A DNA stretch of 36,193 nucleotides from a virus (Duplodnaviria > Caudoviricetes): positions 1 through 36,193 of IMG/VR virus record IMGVR_UViG_3300048580_000411; one strand, given 5' to 3'. Position 1 is the stretch's first letter, and every line of letters starts with the position of its first letter. Of this stretch, positions 9,167 through 17,013 are shown in pieces. Both the position numbers and the translations under genes were made by a program. The notes beneath the pieces were generated by a model that saw nothing but the letters and a program-made list of their open reading frames with translations, was not told where the DNA came from and did not search any database.

Positions 9167-9679
9167 ATGTCTTCTTACACTGGTGGACGATTTATTCCGG
9201 TCTTCTACGACGGCTACGCGGCTGACGGGACGACTGTGATCAACATGGACGTACCCATGGGCGGGTGCGTGGTGAGCATTGAAAGCTCTCGCGGCTCGTA
9301 CTCGCTGGGTGGCCAGTCCATCCCTCGCGTGACGCGGCCCACGACGGCGACGTTTGGAACGGCCAACAAGAAGTACATCGTTGCCGAGGGTAGCGATCTG
9401 AACAAGATCAACACCATCGACCCGTTGGTGACGAACCGTCGCATCGGCGGCGTGCTGTACGTTTACAACCCCGCCCACCCCGAGAACCATGAGATTCTGG
9501 CTCTGGTCGAAGCAAGTGCGGCGGCGGGCGCTGCTGTGGGCGCGAAGAACGATGTGTTTGAGCTTGACGTGATCACGGTCGGAGCGTCCACGGAGCCCAC
9601 CGTGGTGGTCGGCACCAATCGCGTGGCGGTCGGCGCCGGTGGGGCCGCCCTCAGTCCCATCTCGCTCAAGCCCCAGTAA
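9167..9679 (+). CDS. Putative capsid decoration/cement protein
   Basis: 170-aa Gly/Ala/Val/Thr-rich ORF directly after the capsid gene with a strong SD. Confidence 0.55.
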   Translation: MSSYTGGRFIPVFYDGYAADGTTVINMDVPMGGCVVSIESSRGSYSLGGQSIPRVTRPTTATFGTANKKYIVAEGSDLNKINTIDPLVTNRRIGGVLYVYNPAHPENHEILALVEASAAAGAAVGAKNDVFELDVITVGASTEPTVVVGTNRVAVGAGGAALSPISLKPQ

Positions 9680-9781
9680 GCAAGACGTGACCGCGAAAGC
9701 GGTCGTTATATCCCAGCCCGCCACGTTCCGAACTTGCTGTAAGCATGGGCGGTTTGCACGGTCTGCCGTGGCGGGTTTTCA

Positions 9782-10549
9782 ATGCCGGTTGCCTACCAGC
9801 CCAACACGTACGGCTCTGAACTGCTCAGGCTCGCGAACCTCGTGGGCCTGGCGGACGATGGCGGCGCGTCATTGCCCAACGATCAGGGCACGCTGCGGAC
9901 GCTGCAGGAAGCCTACCTCGAAGCGGCTGAGGAGTTCTGTCGTTCGCGGGCGTGGTCGTGGCAGTGCCCGGAGTTCTCCGTCACGCTCTCCACCGATGGG
10001 CTGGGCGCCCAGTGCGTGGAAGGCTCGATCACCCGGTACAACCTCGGCGAGCACTTGACGGGTCAACCGTTCTCGGCGTCGGTGGAAGACACCTGGTACG
10101 TCGATGCCTGCGACTCGGGGTATCTGCGGCAGCGGCTCGCGCAGTTCCCCAACGAATCCGGCTGGCCCGAAGCGATTGCGTTCATCGACCAAATCAACGG
10201 CGACGCGATCCATACGCATCTGCTGGTGTTTCCTCGGCCCGACTCGGCCCGTGTGCTCAAGTTTCGAGCCCAGCGTGCCATTCAACTTCCCGGCGATCTT
10301 GGTGGTCTGTTGCCTTGGGGCGATCAGCATCATCAGACGGTGCGGCGTTTGGCGGAATACCGCCTCGCGGCCCGTGGTCAGTCGGAAGGCTCGCCGGATG
10401 TGGACGCGATGAAAAGGTCGGCGGACCTGGCCATGCAGCAAAGCGTGACGATGGACGAAGCGACGTGGGGCAGTGGCAGACCGATGCGCAACCCGACGAT
10501 GGTCGGCGCGGGTCGGCGGCATCGGTATCGCAGCATCGTGGGAATCTGA
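9782..10549 (+). CDS. Putative head-to-tail adaptor
   Basis: 255 aa with EAAEEFCRSRAWSW near the N-terminus and LLVFPRPD, a pattern typical of podovirus adaptor proteins. Position also fits. Confidence 0.65.
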   Translation: MPVAYQPNTYGSELLRLANLVGLADDGGASLPNDQGTLRTLQEAYLEAAEEFCRSRAWSWQCPEFSVTLSTDGLGAQCVEGSITRYNLGEHLTGQPFSASVEDTWYVDACDSGYLRQRLAQFPNESGWPEAIAFIDQINGDAIHTHLLVFPRPDSARVLKFRAQRAIQLPGDLGGLLPWGDQHHQTVRRLAEYRLAARGQSEGSPDVDAMKRSADLAMQQSVTMDEATWGSGRPMRNPTMVGAGRRHRYRSIVGI

Positions 10550-10584
10550 ACATCAAACCGCCCCGCGGGGCAAGGAGCCGGAAC

Positions 10585-11220
10585 ATGGACAATGAACTGC
10601 ATCTTCAGGAATCGGTCAAGGGTCGCGGGGTGTGGTATCACAGCACGAACGGACCCCTTGGCTTCTCGGAGGCATCGGCCAACATCGCCGTGGGCAATCC
10701 GCACACCAACCTTGCCTCAAACGTTGTGCTGGTGTTCAACGGCTCCGCCGGCACGGGCGATGTTGCCACCGAGAACTTTGTCGTCCCGAGCAATTTCAAG
10801 ATCGATGTCGCTCTCAACAACCAGTGCGACATCCAGCACCGCGTCTGGGCTGGGAACGTTTCACAGAACAACTCCGCGACCAACGACAACCTGACCCTTC
10901 TCGTTGAGTATCGGATCACGCCCGGACCCACGGCAAGCAGCCGAACCCCTTTCAACCTGGCCGAAACGATCTGCACGCTTGGGAGCACGGTCTTGGGGAC
11001 CACGCCGGCGTCCTGGTACAGCGAGTTTCGCACCGATGTCGTCGCCCTTTGCACCGAAGCGCAGCGAAAGCTGCTTGTGCCCGGGACGGTGATCGCTGCT
11101 CGCTTTCGCCCCAATGAAACCGTCGCCACGAACGTGTCGCTGGTAGTGGTCGGAACACAGTGGTCTTGGCTTGGGAATCTCGCCAATTCAAACATGGTCA
11201 TCAACACCACTACGGCCTAA
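10585..11220 (+). CDS. Hypothetical virion protein
   Basis: ATG 10585 with AAGGAG upstream (MDNELHLQES...). Asn/Thr/Val-rich, beta-strand-like composition. Confidence 0.65.
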   Translation: MDNELHLQESVKGRGVWYHSTNGPLGFSEASANIAVGNPHTNLASNVVLVFNGSAGTGDVATENFVVPSNFKIDVALNNQCDIQHRVWAGNVSQNNSATNDNLTLLVEYRITPGPTASSRTPFNLAETICTLGSTVLGTTPASWYSEFRTDVVALCTEAQRKLLVPGTVIAARFRPNETVATNVSLVVVGTQWSWLGNLANSNMVINTTTA

Positions 11221-11231
11221 ACCAGCCCGAC

Positions 11232-13070
11232 ATGAATCCAGTCTCCCTCCAACTCCCGGTGGGCGTCCGCGATAGCAACAGGTTTGCCGCGGACGCCCCC
11301 TTGACTGTCGCTCCAGAGGCGATGGTCAATATGCGGCTGGAAGACCCGGGTGGTCGCAAGCGCATCTCTCCGCGCGGGCGACTGGCCCGGGCGTTCTTCG
11401 ACGCACTCCCGGGCGGCTGCAAGGTGCTCCAGCCCATGGGCAAGGCGTCGGCGATCACCCAGCGATGGGGACCGCGATACCGGCTGGATGGCGGATTCAC
11501 CCGTACCCAAGGCACCATCGCTGGCAACGTCCGCGTGGTGGATGGGAACGGGAACACGTTCTACGCCTACGGCGGGGTCGAGAACGATTCGGTGACGGGC
11601 GTCCCGGGCGTGGGGACACGCGTGCATGTGGACGCCAGCGAAGACGTGACTGCTGCCCGCGGGCAACTGTTCCGCGGCGTCTACTGCGAGAACTACCGGC
11701 GCAACTACGGCGGCACAGGCGACCGATTCATCGGGCGCGTGGGCTACCTCAAGATGACATCCGCCAACGCCGGCGGTCAAGGCCCGATCACCCAGGACTG
11801 GACGGCTGAAGTGCTGGACGCCAACCCGGGCTTCCCGGTCGCGCCGACCCCGGTGAACATCGTGGTGCGGTCGATCGCGTCCTGCGGCCCGTGGGTCTTC
11901 GTCGCGGCCAACAACTACGTGTACTGCTTCGCGGCGGATACCACGCTGGGCTATACCGCCGGCCAGTATGTCCAGCGCTTCACGGTCCCCAACGCCCTGC
12001 GGGTGCAAAAGATCGTGGCGCTGACGGGCATCGTGCGCGATCCCCTCAACGGGAACAGCGTGGTCTATGCCGAGAACCAGGCCGAATTGCTGATCCTGTT
12101 CGATGGCGAAACGACGGTATCGGGTCTGGTGACGACTTCGGGGAACAGCGAAGGTCTGTACGCCCGCGCGGGTATCCATCGCTGCACGATCAATCTGCGG
12201 ACCACTGGGGCGGTGGCTCTCACGATCGCATCGGCCCCGTTCGCGAGTCCGACGACGCCCAATCCCGACAGCCATGCGTCTTGGCGGTTCCGCGAATGGA
12301 GCGGCACCGGACGCGGGCGGGCGCCGTTGGACATGGCGGTGTTCTCAGCCCCGGGCGCCGACATCCAGACCGAAGTGCGTTCCGCCCCGTGGGTGAAGTG
12401 CCTAGTGGCGACCACCAACGACGGGTTTGGACCCACCACGGCGACGGCGGACAAGCCTGCCGGCTCGGGCGGGTATGCAAACGTGTGGTGCGTCGATGCT
12501 GGGCGGGCGTGGAACGCCGCGACCGGCTCGTATGACATCCCCAGTCCCGTGAAGTGGAAGGTGGATTCCGAAAGCATCAAGGCCAACTGGCAGACCTCGG
12601 GGTTCTTCAACGACATCCCGTACAACACCTCGGGCGTGGTGAATCCCGACAACGGGCTCGGGCCGGAATCCAGCGCCAATGCGATCACCGTCAACCCGGC
12701 GACGGGCGCGGTATTCGTGGGCGGCAAGACTTCGTTCGGGTTCAATGTCTTCGGCATCAACCTCAACACCGGCGGGATCGCGTGGCGTGGCTCTGTGGGC
12801 GGCATGGTGCCGCAGCAAGCCGTCGCGTTCTATGTCGGATCATCCGCGGCGTTCGCCCAGCCTGCGGCGGTGATGGTGGGAACCCAGCGGAATGCGACGT
12901 GGCCGGGGAACGACGGCGCCAACGCGGCGTTGTTCTTCCTGGACCCTGACAGCGGCGCGGTGCGGCGGACGCGGGATTTTGGATCGGGTATCAACGTGGT
13001 GAGTGTGTCGGCTGGCCGCGGGCTTTCGAGCACGTTTGGCATGGTCGGCACGACGTACTTCTCTGAGTAG
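11232..13070 (+). CDS. Tail protein with nozzle-like N-terminus and predicted beta-propeller
   Basis: MNPVSLQLPVGV...VNMRLEDPGGRKRISPRGRL resembles tail nozzle N-termini. Propeller-like repeats (ITVNPATGAVFVGG, INLNTGGIAWR, LDPDSGAV) occur near the C-terminus. Confidence 0.55.
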   Translation: MNPVSLQLPVGVRDSNRFAADAPLTVAPEAMVNMRLEDPGGRKRISPRGRLARAFFDALPGGCKVLQPMGKASAITQRWGPRYRLDGGFTRTQGTIAGNVRVVDGNGNTFYAYGGVENDSVTGVPGVGTRVHVDASEDVTAARGQLFRGVYCENYRRNYGGTGDRFIGRVGYLKMTSANAGGQGPITQDWTAEVLDANPGFPVAPTPVNIVVRSIASCGPWVFVAANNYVYCFAADTTLGYTAGQYVQRFTVPNALRVQKIVALTGIVRDPLNGNSVVYAENQAELLILFDGETTVSGLVTTSGNSEGLYARAGIHRCTINLRTTGAVALTIASAPFASPTTPNPDSHASWRFREWSGTGRGRAPLDMAVFSAPGADIQTEVRSAPWVKCLVATTNDGFGPTTATADKPAGSGGYANVWCVDAGRAWNAATGSYDIPSPVKWKVDSESIKANWQTSGFFNDIPYNTSGVVNPDNGLGPESSANAITVNPATGAVFVGGKTSFGFNVFGINLNTGGIAWRGSVGGMVPQQAVAFYVGSSAAFAQPAAVMVGTQRNATWPGNDGANAALFFLDPDSGAVRRTRDFGSGINVVSVSAGRGLSSTFGMVGTTYFSE

Positions 13071-13084
13071 GAATGGAGCAAGCG

Positions 13085-13966
13085 ATGAACGATGTGACGA
13101 AACAACTGATTCGGCCCGTGCTCGATAGCCTGGTGCGGCGCGGCATTGTCGCGCTGGTGGCGTGGATGGTCACTTGGTCCGAAGTCAAGCCCGATGAAGC
13201 GTGGGTCAACAGCACAACGGCGATCATCGTCGGCGCGATCCTGTGGCTGCTGGTCGAGTCGTGGTCGTGGGTGTCGAAGAAGAAGCTGCTCGCGACGGCT
13301 CCAACGGGTGCGGTGATCGTGCCCAAGGATGCAGTGGCGAGCATCGCGGGTGCCTCGGTTGGTAGGTCTGGGCGTCAAGTCATTTTGCCTGGCAATTGGG
13401 ATGCGATGAGTGCCGACGAACAGTCCGATTGGGTTGAGGGACATATCGACACTCGCAACGCGGTCGATGATTACCTGCCTGCAATGAAGACGCCCAATCG
13501 TCTTCAGCAAACCGCGTCTTCGTCCCGCATCGGCCCCACCAACACCCTCGGCGCGATCCTGCTGGCCCTGATGATGATTCCGGCTGGTGCCGTGGCCGTG
13601 GCCGTGGGCGGATGTGCTGGGCAACAGGCTCGCGAAGAGGTTGGCGTTCCGGCCACGCTCAAGGCGGTGGATTCCATCGTGTCGGATGCGTCCTTGGGCA
13701 TCGACACGCTGCCCGTGGAAGACCGCGACAACGCACAGATTGACTTGGATGCGTTCGCAGAGGCGATCCGCTCGGGCGATCTGGTGACGATCCAGGCCGA
13801 CGCCTATCCGCGATGGCCGGTGGTTCACAGTCTCATCAAGGCGGGGATCGAGTCGCGGCTGGACGCGAAGACGCTGGGGCCTGCGGGCGCGTCGATCCGC
13901 CTGAACCGCGCGGCGTCGTATGGGGATGTGCTCGAATCGTTCGTGTGGAGCCCGCTTGGGCAGTAA
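13085..13966 (+). CDS. Holin-like membrane protein fused to a lipoprotein-like domain
   Basis: Two N-terminal hydrophobic segments ending WSWVSKKK, then a second signal-like stretch ending VGG-C (Cys codon 13613). ATG 13085 has a GGAG SD; alternative ATG 13073. Confidence 0.5.
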   Translation: MNDVTKQLIRPVLDSLVRRGIVALVAWMVTWSEVKPDEAWVNSTTAIIVGAILWLLVESWSWVSKKKLLATAPTGAVIVPKDAVASIAGASVGRSGRQVILPGNWDAMSADEQSDWVEGHIDTRNAVDDYLPAMKTPNRLQQTASSSRIGPTNTLGAILLALMMIPAGAVAVAVGGCAGQQAREEVGVPATLKAVDSIVSDASLGIDTLPVEDRDNAQIDLDAFAEAIRSGDLVTIQADAYPRWPVVHSLIKAGIESRLDAKTLGPAGASIRLNRAASYGDVLESFVWSPLGQ

Positions 13967-13975
13967 GGGAGAGCC

Positions 13976-14242
13976 ATGGACATCGGCGAACTGGTCAAGG
14001 TTGAACTGAAGAAGCTCGGCGTGGACGTGAAGGCCGACGCGAAGGAAGTGCGGGGCGTGATTCGTCAAGCCACGCAACTGCTTGCGGCTGCGATCAACGA
14101 GCCCGACTACGAGGGAAGCAAACTCGCCGCGGCGGAATGGATCATGCTGGCATCAACCGGCAAGATCATCCGGCGTGCGGACTCGCTGGACAATCGGGCG
14201 TGGAACTTCATCGATGGGCTGCTGATTGGAAGGGTGGCTTGA
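13976..14242 (+). CDS. Hypothetical helical protein
   Basis: 88 aa, GGGGAG SD, typical codon usage. Confidence 0.65.
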   Translation: MDIGELVKVELKKLGVDVKADAKEVRGVIRQATQLLAAAINEPDYEGSKLAAAEWIMLASTGKIIRRADSLDNRAWNFIDGLLIGRVA

Positions 14243-14261
14243 ACCAGAAAGGGCATGGGCC

Positions 14262-14579
14262 ATGTGGTGCGTGACGTTGGCACAAGCTGAAGCAGGCGTG
14301 AAGGGCATCGAGCTCATGGAGCGGGCCTACGGGCCTTATGCGTTCGGGCTGGTCGCGGTGATCGTGCTCATCATCGCGGCGGTGTTCGTGTACGCCAAGA
14401 TCATCAAGCCCATGCAGGAAACGGCGGTCACGATCGCCGTGGAACAGACCAAGCAAACCGAGAACCTGAAGACGACGGCGGCGCACACGGAATCGTCGCT
14501 CGCGCTGGCGAGGGCGGTAGGTGAACAGAACGAGAAGACCGCTTCGCATCTTCGCGAAGCCCTAGCTGGCAAGGGGTAA
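14262..14579 (+). CDS. Single-TM protein with C-terminal coiled coil (holin- or i-spanin-like)
   Basis: TM segment FGLVAVIVLIIAAVFVYA followed by a helical Glu/Gln/Thr-rich tail. Start uncertain. Confidence 0.55.
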   Translation: MWCVTLAQAEAGVKGIELMERAYGPYAFGLVAVIVLIIAAVFVYAKIIKPMQETAVTIAVEQTKQTENLKTTAAHTESSLALARAVGEQNEKTASHLREALAGKG

Positions 14580-14582
14580 AGC

Positions 14583-16931
14583 ATGGCATGGGCGGTAGAT
14601 GCCAATGGAGCTTGGACGCACACGGGAACAACCCGTGAGGCTGTCGTATTCGTCCAGCCCACGCTGCCGCGGTGGCGCATCATCGTCCGGTGCCGCAAGG
14701 TCGCGGACAAGTGCATGGTGACGGTCTACCCGTCCGCCAACGGTCGCGACGGCTGGGAAGTCGGCGTCGCGTCGGACGCGGGCGCGAGCACGGCGAACCT
14801 CACCGTTCGCCAACGCATCAACAACGTGCCCCAAGCGGCCGCGCACGCGACGGCTCACAGCATCCCGTCTGACACCCCGTTTGATCTGATCCTCGAGGGC
14901 GAGAACGGGAGCTTCAAGGCGACCGCATCCACCAGCGGCGTGACGCCCGTTACGCTGCCGGCGAGCGGGTTGCAAAGTGCGGCGCCCTACGAAGACAACA
15001 CGGGATGCTTGATCGTGTCGGATGTGGACGGCGCGGTAGTGCTGTCGGTCGAAGCGGAAAACCCCGAAGCGGTCGTAGCAGTCACCAACTCCCCCTTGGT
15101 CGGCATGGCGGTTTCTAACGGCGGCATCTACTTCCGCGAAAAGGGTGATTCGACCTGGACGCTGCTGCGGGCCGGGTGCTTTGGTCCCGACGACGAAATC
15201 AGTCGCGTCGAGTTCCAGGGCAAACTGTTGGTAATAGCATACAACCCGGCGACTCGAGTATCCCGGGCGTGGAAGGTGGACATCGCGGGCCGGGCTGTGT
15301 CGGAATGGACGGCGGTGCGTGGGTCGCTCCCGGGTTCAACGGGCCCGGGCCTGACCACGGCTCGCAAGGTGCGGCATCTGTTCTCGCGGGTGTATCTCGC
15401 GACCGACACCGACGTACACACCAGCGCGGCGTCTACGTTCGATGGCGTGAGCGCCGAAGACGACTGGGAACAAGACGACACCGAACGAGGATCGGCCAAG
15501 GTCTACTCGGTGGGCACGGACGGGTATCAGGGTGACGCGATCTTGGCGATGCACCCAATTTCTTCCCAGGGCATGGCGATCTTCAAGAAGAGCGGCATCT
15601 TTGTGCTGTATGGTGATCCCCTGCTCGGCGAGACTTTCCAGAAGACCCTCGCCCTGAACTGCGGCATTTCGGGCGAGGACGCGATCACCAGCGGCGACGC
15701 CGGCCAGTTGTGGATGCACACCCCCGAAGGCGCGTATCTGGTCACAGAGGCGGGCGTTCAAAACCTCAGCGAAGACAAGCTCAAGCGGTTCCTGAACATC
15801 GGACGCGATCAGCGGGATGCGTACTGGATCAACGTCGAGTATGACCCGCGCTACAGCATCGTGCATTACTTCCTGACCCAGCGAGTGACTTCGCCCCTGA
15901 CGCCCCGCAAGTTCCCGCTCCTGGACCTGCGCTCGGGCGAGTTCATGTTGGACGAATACCCCGAAGAAATGGAGCCGATGTCGGCGTGCTTCTGGGATCG
16001 TCGCGTGCTGCTGGGCGGGCGGGATGGGTACGTGCGATGGCTCGCTCCGTTCGGAACCTCCGACGATGGGCGGTCCTTCACGGCGCGGTACACGGTGCCG
16101 ATCCTCGAGACTCCCGGCACGGCTCACGGGATGCAGCTTCGCGCGATTGGGCTGCAACTGGGCACGCAAGCCAAGTTCCGGCTCGATGCTGCGGCGGTCG
16201 CGAATGGTGTCGCGGTGCGGGTCTACGGCGGCGAAACGGCTGAAGACGCGGTGTTGCCGGATCGTCGCAGCCTGCGGGCGGGTCCGATCATGTTCCCCAT
16301 CGGCAACGCGACGCGGCTGCTGTCGGTGGCCGATCACGCGCTGGCGATTGAACTGCAGGGCGTGGGGAGCGGGTTCGATTGGTTCGTGGAAGAGTGCGAA
16401 GTCAAGGTTGTGCCCGCGACCCTGCGGCGTCGGCGCTCGGTGCCGGTCTTCGCCGATGAACCATCGGGCATCTGCAAGCCCCCACTGGTGGGCGGCACGG
16501 CGACGCCGGCCAACGTGCCCCCGGTGGCCAACGCGGGCGGGGACATCGAAGTCACTTCCCAAGATGCCTCCCAGTCTGCGACGGTCACGCTGGACGGCTC
16601 GCGGTCCTCGGATTCGGATGGGGTGATCGTGTCCTACGTGTGGACGAATCCCGATGGCACCGTGCTCGCGACGACGGCGATCGCTGACATCGTGCTCGAT
16701 GCGGGTTCTCCGCTGGTGGTCACGCTCACCGTCACCGACGACGACGGGGCGACGGATACTGACACGCTCACGATCACAGTGAACCCCTACGTGCCCCCCA
16801 ACAACGGCGACGACACGGGGGCGCCGGGTGATGGCGACATTGGCACGATCCCGGGCGGCATGAACGAGAACCAGTTCATCACCTACGGACCCGAAAGCCC
16901 GGGCACTACCAACCCTCCCTCGGGAGTTTGA
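14583..16931 (+). CDS. Tail nozzle/stabilisation-like protein with C-terminal PKD (Ig-like) domain
   Basis: Propeller-like core and nozzle-type C-terminal pattern (LLGGRDGYVRW...DDGRSF...LAIELQG...WFVEECEV). Textbook PKD segment PPVANAG...VTLDGSRSSDSDGVIVSYVW...VTLTVTDDDGATDTDTLTITV at ~16512-16783. Confidence 0.65.
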   Translation: MAWAVDANGAWTHTGTTREAVVFVQPTLPRWRIIVRCRKVADKCMVTVYPSANGRDGWEVGVASDAGASTANLTVRQRINNVPQAAAHATAHSIPSDTPFDLILEGENGSFKATASTSGVTPVTLPASGLQSAAPYEDNTGCLIVSDVDGAVVLSVEAENPEAVVAVTNSPLVGMAVSNGGIYFREKGDSTWTLLRAGCFGPDDEISRVEFQGKLLVIAYNPATRVSRAWKVDIAGRAVSEWTAVRGSLPGSTGPGLTTARKVRHLFSRVYLATDTDVHTSAASTFDGVSAEDDWEQDDTERGSAKVYSVGTDGYQGDAILAMHPISSQGMAIFKKSGIFVLYGDPLLGETFQKTLALNCGISGEDAITSGDAGQLWMHTPEGAYLVTEAGVQNLSEDKLKRFLNIGRDQRDAYWINVEYDPRYSIVHYFLTQRVTSPLTPRKFPLLDLRSGEFMLDEYPEEMEPMSACFWDRRVLLGGRDGYVRWLAPFGTSDDGRSFTARYTVPILETPGTAHGMQLRAIGLQLGTQAKFRLDAAAVANGVAVRVYGGETAEDAVLPDRRSLRAGPIMFPIGNATRLLSVADHALAIELQGVGSGFDWFVEECEVKVVPATLRRRRSVPVFADEPSGICKPPLVGGTATPANVPPVANAGGDIEVTSQDASQSATVTLDGSRSSDSDGVIVSYVWTNPDGTVLATTAIADIVLDAGSPLVVTLTVTDDDGATDTDTLTITVNPYVPPNNGDDTGAPGDGDIGTIPGGMNENQFITYGPESPGTTNPPSGV

Positions 16932-17013
16932 CGAATTCGTAACGCCCCGCGAAGGCGAGGCGTCTACCATTGCCCCGACCGTGCAAACCGCCCCTTGAAA
17001 GGCGGCGGCTGTC

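Noticed and set aside
9952-10584. N-terminal extension of the 9952-11220 ORF
   Set aside because: It overlaps the adaptor gene in another frame. The SD-supported start is ATG 10585.
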